A DNA stretch of 64,000 nucleotides from Owenia fusiformis (lineage: Eukaryota). The notes under the pieces were generated by a model, which had not been told where the DNA came from, did not search any database, and worked only from the letters and a program-made list of their open reading frames with translations. A program made the position numbers and the translations under genes. The stretch spans positions 9,238,001 through 9,302,000 of the forward strand of contig CAIIXF020000001.1 of the NCBI GenBank assembly GCA_903813345.2, given 5' to 3'. Positions 53,579 through 64,000 of the stretch are shown piece after piece. Position 1 is the first letter of the stretch. Each line of letters starts with the position of its first letter.

Positions 53579-55109
53579 TATTTCAGGCCTCCTACAGTCC
53601 TATATATTTATGCATCATTTTTTCATCAGACTCATCATGGTCAGGGATGAATCATTTACTGTTTGGTTATTTCAATGCAATATTATTATAGGGTACTGTG
53701 AGCACAGTCAATTGCATTTTGTGAGGTGTCCTGATAAAAGTGGGTTTGGTTCAAGATGCTGCAAGTTTTGTGTGATGATGATATATTTTTACAATATTTG
53801 AACAGGTTTATCATTGTGTCATATTGGTTAGCAAATTGTATGCTTGTTTTTGGTGTTGCCTACTGTTTAATATAAAAGGCATGATCTGGACTAATACTCA
53901 AGGGCACACAGGTTGAAGTCAACGTGTAAAGACCTCTGCCTCTCAATGTAGTAGCAGTATATTATAGATCACTAGAAATTTGTAAAAGGGAAATTTTATT
54001 TCGACAATTCAATTTCACCTTTTATTGGTGAAGTTTCGGGATCTTCTTTTGTGCATGGGCTTTCAATTAGTTGAAAGCCCATGTTTTGTGTAATGGTGAA
54101 ATTTTGATTTCAAGAATACTTTTTGAAGTACAAAGCATGATCTGATGACATTTCATATAAATAAAACAAAACACATACATTTTACATATTTTCATTTGTA
54201 TTACTATCAGATACATGGGGTAATATGAAAATTGATCCACTAAGAACTGATGAATATTCTAGTTTAAGGGAACTTTTTAGATACCCATGTTATCTGACCC
54301 AAATTATTCACCTGGTGGTGAAACTGGTAACTATCTACTCACATCTGGGTTATTGTGATGTGGTGTCCTGGACCAGTCTATTAAAATCAGTTAGTTATAT
54401 GTTAAAAAACAGCAAACGAACATTAAAAATGTAATAATAATATTTTATTCTTCATTTATTCTACCGATTCATCCATGTTACCAAGGAAAAAATAGTGATG
54501 TACAATTTTAAATTTGCGGGATCCTGAATTTGTGATTTTACACCGAGTCTCATGTGAATGTACATGAATTCAAGGTTCTCGCGAATTTTACATATATTAC
54601 AGTAATTTTACATTACCTAATTTCCAACCATTGATTAAAATATGGTTAGTACCATTAGTATTTAAAAAAATATCCACCCATTTTTAGAATATGCCAGCAA
54701 ATAGCTTTTGAGAGTCAGATTTATTTCTTAATTTTTCCATATCTGATAGGGTTGTAGAGATCTAAAGTATAAAAAGCCAGCACAAAATTCATAACAATCT
54801 GCAACCATTAATTTTATCAAAAACAATTCCTCACATTAAGATAGAATTTAGTTGAAGTGCATGAAAATAGTTCATAGTACAATATTGCTTATTTATTAGA
54901 CTTTAATAGTTTCTCACCAGTATTATAAAGTTAATAGTCACTCACAAATTGATTTACAATCATGTATTTTATATAAACTCAATACCTAAACACATGTATA
55001 CAGAATTCTTAGACATGGTGTTATGCACCATACTTATTGATATATTAAAACAACAACAATCCCTCATTTCTAAAAATCAGTTGATAAGACGCTTTTAGAC
55101 CATATTATA

Positions 55110-55511
55110 CAGGGTGGGCCAAAAACAACCAATACCCAAGTTTAAGGATGAATATCATATGATATAATGTTAAACGATGCCATGTATTATATATCATTTT
55201 AAAGATAAATCATTTCCAAATAATATGTCACCATCCAATTGAAAAACTTTTGTTTTCTCGTGGAGTTAGAGACTAAAATTGACTCCAGGGGTGACAAGAA
55301 CAACCAAAAATCAAAAAATGAAAATTCCCTTTCCCTCCATATTGCAGTCATAGCTGCACTCAATATGCTTGACTGAATCATTATAAATTTATACAACTTT
55401 GTTAGGAATTGATTTATCTTTAAAATGATACATAAAACATGGCATGGTTTAACATATATCATATGAATCGTTCATCTTTAAACTTGGGTTTTGGTTTTTT
55501 GCCCCACCCTG
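55110..55511. mobile_element. Tc1/mariner MITE
   Basis: TA|CAGGGTGGGCCAAAAA...TTTTTTGCCCCACCCTG|TA; TIR of at least 45 bp. Confidence 0.85.
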
Positions 55512-56209
55512 TATATCCACTCAATATTCTTCAAAATGTCTTCAAAATGTGAAGTAACTTTGTATTACCTCATATTGAAATGCTTAAGTACAAAATGATA
55601 TCTGTTTAATCTTCAATGCATCACTCCTAGTTTTCTACAAGTTGAAATTCTTAAATGAATAAAGTTAATGAATTCTTCATAAGGCCATAAGAAGTAGATT
55701 CTTTGTTTTACGTCCCCTTGCTTGCACGATTTGGAGTAAATCAGAAAAAACAAACACATCCAAATAGCAATCACAAAGGTCTGAAAGTACCATCGCATTT
55801 TGTTCAATCAGAATCAGACAAAATGGTCGATAATTTGATATCCGTCAAAATTGACAGTCTTAGTGATTACTTTGGCATACATTGTGTATTTTTTTCTTAT
55901 TTTTTACCCCTGAATAATAGCTATGTTTAAATATATTGTATAAAATGTATAGATATGTGTCTGTAATCACTGTAAATTGGTATGTCATCCCTTTTTATGC
56001 CCATAAAATGTATACATTTCTCAGCAAACAAGTTTGTGTTTTTTCTTGAGTTTGTGTTTTTCTCCATGTACCCTTGCATAATTTGGATTTTGCCAGGATG
56101 CAAAAAAAGAATCTACTTTTCATGACCTAAGGGATAAATGTCACTTCCATGGGATTTCTCAGCATTTCTCATAAAAATGAAGACAGATATTATCAAGCTT
56201 ATGATGAAT

Positions 56210-56322
56210 CTATTCCTCTTCTTGATAGTCAACTTCCTGTAGTGATCTACAACAACATGATGGCAGAACATCCTATCACCATTAGCATTCATTTGGTTCG
56301 GGAATTCTTTTGCCCAATCCAT
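56210..56322 (-). mobile_element. CGGBP1-like/hAT transposase N-terminal zinc-finger remnant
   Basis: DWAKEFPNQMNANGDRMFCHHVVVDHYRKLTIKK resembles the recalled R..EF.....DGGKLFC..C.VV..H.RKS.I..H pattern. Confidence 0.5.
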
Positions 56323-56715
56323 TAAGTATGTAAGTCATTGCTCACTTGATCAGGATCATGAAATTTTAAATGTCTTAACCTGAGGACAAATCAAAGGTTC
56401 TTAAAGTTTTCTATCAACAAATTAAAACAAAATGTTGATAAATGTCTCAACTTTAACACTTATTAACATATTATGTAACAAATTAAAAGATATCTCAACT
56501 TTTCTTTACATCTTAATTTCTGAAATCTATTGGAAAACTGTGATTTTAAATGAGGTGAAGGGTAAAACGATATTGTAATAAGTATATTATACAGTCATAA
56601 TATAATGCCTGCTGCCATCTAGCCAGAGAACAAACAACATGACAAACACCAGGAAATTGATCAAAATTTAATATTCTGCAATTCAGCACTGTCCACACTC
56701 TGTGGAAATGGAATT

Positions 56716-58854
56716 TCAGGAGGAGTGAATGTGTATGTGCTTATGTCTTCTTAACCTGACCTTAGCTGAAAATGCCTTAGAGCATATGTTACATTTATAA
56801 GGTTTCTCACCAGTATGGGACCGTTTATGATCAGAGAATTCTCCTTGTGTGACATAGGCTTTAGGGCATAGCTCACATTTGAATGGTCTCTCTTCAGTAT
56901 GGATTCGCAGATGATGTAGTTTTAGAGAATGAGAGTGGGAAAAGTCTCTTGAACAAACCTTACATGTATATCTTTTTTCTCCTGTGTGAATTCGATTGTG
57001 ACTTTTAAGACTACTATTTTGAGAGAATCTTTTAGAACAGATCAAACATTTATATGGCTTTTCTCCAGTATGAATTCTGATATGTGTAATAACATCAGAA
57101 CTACGAGCAAATGATTTAAAACAAACTTTACACTTGAATTTCTTTTCTCCAGTATGAGTGGTTCTGTGTGGGTTACATGCAGATCTGTCTGTAAATGTTT
57201 TTGGACAGAAATCACATTTAAATGGTTTTTCTCCAGTATGGATTCGGCTATGTAATTTCAAGCTTGCTTTACTGGAAAGTATTTTTAAGCATACCTCACA
57301 TTTTATTTTTGCATTTCCAGTATGTCTCATACATTGTGAAGATAGGGTGGAACTGCGGTTGAATGTTTTGTAGCACACATTACATTCAAAGGGTCATTCA
57401 CTACTGTGAATTATTTTGTGTTTTGATAGATCCCCACTTGTAGAAAATGCTTTATAACAAATACTACATTTGTGCAACTTCTCCCCAGTATGGCTTAAAG
57501 CATGACTAGAAAGACCATAATATGCTGAAAATGTTTTACCACATGTATTACATTTATATGGTCTTTCTCCAGTATGAATTCTGTTATGTATATTAAGATG
57601 ATTTCTTATATGAAATGCCCTAAGACATACTTTACATTCAAATCTTTTCTCTCTTTTGTGAAATTGCATATGTAAAGCAAGTACATCCTTTCTATGGAAT
57701 ACCTTGCCACAGATATCACATTTGAATTTTTTCTCCATGAATTCTACTATGCAGCAGTGTATGCTCACGGAGTGATGCATTATTTGCAAGTACCTTTGAA
57801 CATATTTCACATGATCTGTTTCTTTTCTCTCCAGTGTGAATTTGCATATGTTTAATAAGATAAATCTTTAATGAAAATGCCTTGGAGCAGATATTACATT
57901 TAAAAGGTTTCTCATTAGTGTGTGTTTTGAAATGTCTGATAAGAAGATATTCTAATTTAAATGGTTTGAAACATATCTGACATTTGAAATGCCTTTCCTC
58001 ACTGTGATAACCCATATGTATAGCAAGTCCATCCTTCCTATGGAATGCCTTGCCACAGATTTCACATTTTAATTTTTTTTCTCCATGAATAATATTATGC
58101 TTATGGAGTGATGCATTATTTGCAAACACCTTTGAACATATTTCACATGATACTCTCTTATGCTTTAAAGCATCAGCGCTTCCACCTGTCTTTGTAAGCT
58201 TTTTTTGTTTTTGATTTTTTACAATTTTTACAGGGAGTTTGTTAATTTGTAGATCATCGTCTTTTATGCAGAATCTGAATTGGTTGTGTCTATATTTCAG
58301 TTTTGAGACATCTTTTTCAGTTAATCTACATAATGATACTGTACATGATTTCTCCGTGATTGGGGCATTTGCTTCAGATTTTGATTTCAATTGGAGTAGT
58401 TCTTTACATAAAGATGATTCTTTCCCTGAATTTATCACAAGTGACATTTCTTCATTGCTTTGAAAATCATCGTTTTGATCATTGTCAGCAGTGGTATTAA
58501 TTCCATCAGTAGACATTGTAGAACTAGAGCTGCTCTCTTTTACATGTCGAGTCCTTGATCGCTCATTGGTCACATTTGACAGTTTGGTTTCACAGTACAA
58601 CTTTTCTTGTTCTATATCTTTTTTACTTTCTTGTTTTAGTGGACATAAGAGAGGATCTTGATCAGGCGTGCATTGTTTGGAATTAATTGCCAACTCCTCT
58701 TCTATACATGTAGCCTCTGAAGTAGAGGATGTTCCGAACTCTTGTGTATTGTTTGATAGCTGTTCAATGATGTAACTTGGTTCATTGTGGACCACAAACG
58801 CTGTGTCTGAAGCACTTGGATGTAAAGTATCAATTGAAGCCATTGGTTGATCTA
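56716..58854 (-). pseudogene. Nested C2H2 zinc-finger gene, copy B, large exon: 17 finger units, disrupted
   Basis: Paralog of copy A; frameshift in an A-run at ~57727..57732; TGA at 57394..57396 where copy A has CGA; tttttacag acceptor. Confidence 0.85.
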
Positions 58855-59217
58855 CTGTAAAAATCAAAATCTTGTGCCTATTTCTGATCTCAATCAATAT
58901 ATTTCGATACACACTTTTTTGTCGGTAAATGTATTTTGTAGTAAATCTTCATCACAAAGTGAATTAATGGCCATTTAAAGACAAGAAAATGTGCATCCAT
59001 ATCTTTAATCACTTTGCTCGCAAGATGCAAGCTCATTAATATTTGTATTGAAAAAGTAGGTTTATATCAGATTTTATTCATGGTACAAAGAAAATAACAG
59101 GCGTTAGACTGTTCATGTTTTGAGGTTAATGTTAAAGATATATCTGCACATCTATTCAATTTTTCTCAAAAAGTGCCATTTGCCTATGCATTTTGAAAGA
59201 TTATTAATATTCCATAC

Positions 59218-59290
59218 CAGTAACTCTACCGCTGATTTCACTTTTAGACATTTCTTTGGGTGAAGACTTCTCTGTAGATGTAATGCTCAT
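59218..59290 (-). CDS. Zinc-finger copy B first coding exon (MSITSTEKSSPKEMSKSEISGRVT)
   Basis: ctttcag acceptor at 59294, ATG, G|gtatgg donor; phase 1 joins the large exon in frame (V-DQPMAS); homologous to 50245..50320. Confidence 0.75.
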
Positions 59291-60240
59291 TATCTGAAAG
59301 TATAAAATTTTTTGATTAGGCAGGAAGATTAATAAAGATACTGTATATGCAAATATCAGATTCTGTATACAAGTCCAGCTTTATAGAATTACAGACTCAT
59401 TCTAGTAGGGTTTGACCTCCTCAACATTTTGTGGCCCTATGATATCCCTGAAATTATAGATGCCTACATGATCATATACTTACTTACCATGCCAAACTAA
59501 GTAGCTTGTAGAATGAATTTTGAGTCCCAATCTACCAGTTACTATTGCCCTTGTTCATCTGATCATATATCACATACTTAGCAGTTTTAGTGTTTGAAAT
59601 AGCATTAGTAACACCTGGCATAGATCTAAATATAGCCCATTAGTACAACAGACATATGCTTGCCGGGGTTTCCTTGACAACATTAGGGTCAGGGGTGAGC
59701 ACAGTCAACAGCAGTTAGATTTGAGCCCAAATCAACTTTCTGAAATGGAACAACAGAATCTTAGGTGTCCTGATAAAGTGGGTGTGGTACAAGTGCTGCA
59801 AGTTTTGTGTGATCTTTGATTCCATGGCATGGTATATTTTAACAATATTTGTCTCATATTCAGCTCATATTCAGTCTCATATTCAGCTGTCTGATTTGGC
59901 ATAATCAAAGGCCATGTTGCTTATCATAAACAATTTGCTAAAAAACACGCCTTGTGTATTTATGTATGAACAATAAAATTATTCCATTTTCCAAAACATT
60001 TCTGTTTGAGATTTTGATCTTTGGACTTTCCAAGTTTATTAAACCATACAGTTTCTTGCCCCAATATAATATTTTAGGCCTATTTTGAAATAAACTCTCT
60101 ACAGTATATAATCTTTTGCCACTAATATATAGTCCGGGAAGTGCAAATGGATATTGTATCAAAGCATTGTACATAGTCGTTACGATTTAGAATCTGCAAT
60201 TATTATACTTATACTTATTTCCCTGTTTTATCATTTACAG

Positions 60241-60401
60241 GCTCTGTTTGAAGGAGTCGTGGATACAGTTGAAAATGGTGGAAAGGTTCAACCAATCGCA
60301 ACACAGCTAGGTTATACCAAAGAGCAAGCTGAGGCAGTGCAGAGGTTGAAAACTGCCAAAGATAATTATGAGAGACTTGGACTCAGTATGGGATGTACAA
60401 A
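60241..60401 (+). CDS. DNAJC27: DNAJC27 exon 6 (ALFEGVVDTVENGGK...KDNYERLGLSMGCT)
   Basis: tttacag acceptor and gtaagg donor; 161 nt; linker and start of J-domain. Confidence 0.93.
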
Positions 60402-60536
60402 GTAAGGCTCACTGTTATATATCCTGTGTGAAGATGTTTTAAGAAACTTTAGAGCAAAAGGTCAGGCTGTCATCACCTAGTTTGACTAGTTTACCAAAAT
60501 AATGAAAAAAGTTAATTTTGAAAGCTAATTTATGTA

Positions 60537-60695
60537 CAGGGTGGGCCAAAAAAGGTAACCCTAACAAATCTTAATAACTCAGTCATTCATCATTGGTTGA
60601 AAGAACATGGTTTGATTTTGCCAAATATGACTTCAAACCCACGCTGAATGACTGTGTTATTATGATTTGTTTGGGTTACCTTTTTTCTCATTCTG
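60537..60695. mobile_element. Short Tc1/mariner MITE in DNAJC27 intron 6
   Basis: TA-flanked; inverted aaaaaaggtaaccctaacaaatc / gatttgtttgggttacctttttt. Confidence 0.75.
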
Positions 60696-60852
60696 TATTT
60701 TGAATTTGTCTTCATTTGTCACTCTTCACTGTACTTCCTTTCTACCAAGTGTTAATCTCACCGGTTTCCAGTCTCAAAGATGTCTTAAATAGACATGTTT
60801 ATGCATGTATAAGTTAAAGTTAATACATGACTGTGATTGCATATTCTTTCAG

Positions 60853-60985
60853 GGATGATATAAATAAATCTTATAGAAAACTGGCTCTATTGCTGCATCC
60901 AGACAAAAATGTTGCCCCAGGGAGTGAGGCGGCATTTAAACTGCTGGTGGCTGCCAGGACTGCTCTACTCAAGAACATCAGATAA
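60853..60985 (+). CDS. DNAJC27: DNAJC27 exon 7, J-domain (DDINKSYRKLALLLHPDKNVAPGSEAAFKLLVAARTALLKNIR*)
   Basis: ctttcag acceptor; HPD motif; TAA; the seven exons sum to 789 nt = 262 aa plus stop. Confidence 0.95.
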
Positions 60986-63098
60986 CATCAATGAACACCA
61001 GTCAGCGCTCACCAGTCACCATGAATTGTGCGATTTCTTAAGACTATTTATTGTGGAATTGTTCATCAAGGAAGATCAGTTGAAGAAAAATATTCCTGTT
61101 CTTTGGACTATTTATTCAGGAGTTCAGCTCAATAGAGAGCCATCTAACAAAGGATATTTTAACCAATGCAGATTGAATGAAGAAAAATTTTCCTGGTTTT
61201 ACTGTATGTAATCATTTATTGGATTTTGAGCTGAAGAATGAACAAATCTGCTTGAAAACATTTCACATTAAGAATGTGATGAAATGTATCTTCCAGTCAT
61301 ATAAATTATAATCCATCCACAGTATATCCGTCCAAACTCTAAACTGTATGGGATATACATGTATGTCTTGCATCAAATTCCTGACCCCTACTTTCAATAT
61401 TTCTTGCATGATTGACAAGAAATTTGGAGGGTGGGAAGGCAGGTGCTGGATGCAAGATTATGGAATATCTCTCTTAGAACTACTATGATCTCATATTTCT
61501 TAAAATGCTACCTCTGCTATGTAGTATGTAGTATATTTTACACCTGTAATATGTAGTTAACTATTTTACATGTATGTTGGTTTATTTTATACACTTCCAT
61601 ATTATAATAATACATATATATATATCACATCAGCTTTGATTAATGTTCCCCCTTGCCATTCATAGTATAATACATGTACACAGGTTATATATATTTTGCA
61701 AGTGGATCCAAGAGACCAATTGTGCGAGTCCATTATTTTGCAGGGGTGACAGGATACACACATTCAATATTGTATATAATAGTGAATTCCCAGCGAGTGA
61801 TTTCAGTACAGTAAAACTGTCATAATGAACACCTCTTTAGTTTAGTTCTGTACCCAGTGAACACATGAGTCTACTCAATTGAACACCTGTGTATAGTGAA
61901 CACCGATTCCCAGCCAGTGATTTCAGTACAGTTAAAACTGTTATAATGAACGCCTCTTTCTTGGTGAATATCTGTGGCTAGTGAACACATGCGTCTACTC
62001 TATTGGACACCTGTGTATAGGGAAGGGTCACCCATTCCCAGCCAGTGATTTCAATACAGTAAAACCTGTCATATTGAAAACATCTCTGTGCACTTGTATA
62101 GAACATCTTTTGCACCACATGGTTGCAAAGCTAGAAGCTAGCTTTTGCTATATTTCATTTAATTTGGATGGAACAAATGTCTTTTCTTTTTATCATAATG
62201 TCAAATTACATTTTTAGAGGCAGACAATCGATTAATGGAAATTGGAATGTGTGTATCTTGTCACCCCTGTAAAATAATGGACTCGCCCACTTGGTCTCTT
62301 GGATCCACTTGCAAAACATATAACCATGTACTTGTGATGTATAATATAACTTATAATATTAAAAAATGGTTTCCAATTCTTGAATGCAATACATGTAATC
62401 GCATAATCCTCCAATATAAGAATGTTCCTTTAAAGTGGCAGCAAAGAATTGTGAGTTTAAAATGTTGGAACCAACATTTTCAAGAAGCAGACAAATGTTT
62501 CCATTATAATCCTAATTTATTATCTGAACAAGAGTTGAGATATTTTAAAAAACATTTGAGCAAAAACCTATTGTAAAATTCCAATAATTCACTAGCTTCA
62601 ACTAGCTTCTATTCTTTGTTATCTCTTTAATCATGACTCAGTTACAGTGCCAATCCTTCTTTTTCATATTCATATATTGAAAAAAAGCTTTTATATTTTG
62701 TTTTTATTGCTGGGGTGTTGTGACACTGAATTGTGATGTGATACATTAAAAGTTTACCCTTATGAGGGACGACTGTTTTTAAGAGCCTTAAGAATCTGCT
62801 CAAATGTCTCAACAAAGGAAGCAAAGCCTTACACAAATGGTACAGCCATTCTTGGAAATTTAACCTTTTTTAGTAAGAACACAACAAAGTTTATTAAAGA
62901 CTAGCATCACTATGATGATCTTGTACCTGGGTATTTAGACAACACATTACTATGAGGCTAAACACTTCTATGGTATTATATTTTTGGCAACTCTGAAAAT
63001 GAAAAGAATATGCTACTAAAACACTAGTGAAGTTGCATACAAGCAAAAGAATACCCTCTTTGGTTGTTAGATATATTTACCACATGTTGTGTCAGTCT

Positions 63099-63233
63099 GT
63101 TGCCATGGTAACAGGGAGTGCAGTAGCTAAGATAGATAAGCTAAACAGAGAAGTATCCTGGCAACATATACTACAAGCCACCACAGAGCTGCTGATTAAC
63201 CAGATGATGTAAATTGGGAAATAGTAGGTAAGT
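63099..63233 (+). promoter_or_regulatory. Two RFX X-boxes followed by a consensus 5' splice site: putative promoter and first non-coding exon of a downstream gene
   Basis: GTTGCCATGGTAAC 63099..63112; GTATCCTGGCAAC 63153..63165; AG|GTAAGT at 63227/63228. Confidence 0.6.
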
Positions 63234-64000
63234 AAAAAGTTATATAGAAATACCTGTTAATTATTTTTGTGAATCACTATATTTGGATTGATGTAAGTTT
63301 GGTGTTAAGAGACCTTATTACTACTTGGTGTTTTATGTATTCATGGTTTGGATACTTGCATGCAAAAACTTTTCACTGGTCCAAAGTGTTTTAATATTTT
63401 CTCATATGTACTTTATTAGTGTGGTTGTAATAAAGGCCAATAAAACTTCATTTTTTCTTTGCTAAAATGATGTACATTACAGGTAACACAGGATCAGTCT
63501 GATCATAAAACAAAGGATCACCCTGATCATAAAAACTTAATCAAAAGGTTGAGCCTGTAGAGACACTTTTTAGAATATTTTTGTTTTATTCCTTGTTCTA
63601 TTATTTTTCAATTTTTGTAGTTCAACTGTTTTTATATTCATCTTGGAAACAAGTTATTTTATTGTTTCAAGTATTCAATGTGGAATCATGGGCTTTCAAC
63701 TAGATGGTGGAACCTATTTTTTGTACACTAGAAGAATTCACTTAGAATCAAGGATTTGATTCTATATTATGAATCTTTTGACCTTTTCGATATATACGAG
63801 GCATAATTGGGATGGTAAGGGAACTATTGCTTAAAATAATTTCCATGGTACCTTTTCACCCCACTGTATGATGGTATGAAAGAGCAAACTTTTTCTATTT
63901 TTCTATTTGTAACTCATAATAAAGCACGGTAACATTCTTGAGAAGTTTGTAGTTTGATCTAGTTTTGACCAGTATTCATCATACAGTGCATGAAGGTATA

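Noticed and set aside
57394-57396. In-frame TGA as selenocysteine or programmed readthrough
   Set aside because: The paralog has CGA (Arg) in a finger linker; CpG deamination is the simpler explanation, and an upstream frameshift already truncates the ORF.
58855-58912. ORF-track N-terminus MYRNILIEIRNRHKILIFT of copy B
   Set aside because: Intronic; upstream of the tttttacag acceptor and not ATG-initiated.
60909-61211. 100-aa ORF overlapping the last DNAJC27 exon and 3' UTR
   Set aside because: Out of frame with the J-domain; no recognisable homology.

Overview
AT-rich animal genomic DNA with spliceosomal introns, probably from a marine invertebrate; the repeat types resemble lophotrochozoan ones, which is an inference. 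The window holds three gene loci. (1) The 5' part of a kinesin-3 KIF13-like gene on the minus strand: 7 coding exons from 36789 down to 2396, including a 13- or 28-nt microexon after a ~29.5-kb intron 2. (2) A complete 7-exon DNAJC27/RBJ gene (Rab-like GTPase plus J-domain, 262 aa) on the plus strand, head-to-head with KIF13 with 361 bp between start codons. (3) Two tandem-duplicated multi-C2H2 zinc-finger genes lying antisense in DNAJC27 intron 5. These carry reciprocal lesions, diverged recognition helices, a probable gene-conversion tract and a repeated CxVxL (PxVxL-like) motif. Introns are dense in non-autonomous DNA transposons (mariner, piggyBac, hAT, Harbinger, Merlin-like, 9-bp-TSD elements, a Helentron/pearl-like element with internal satellite). 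Near the right end, two RFX X-boxes and a perfect splice donor suggest the start of another gene. All exon and element boundaries were read by eye; no database search was run.
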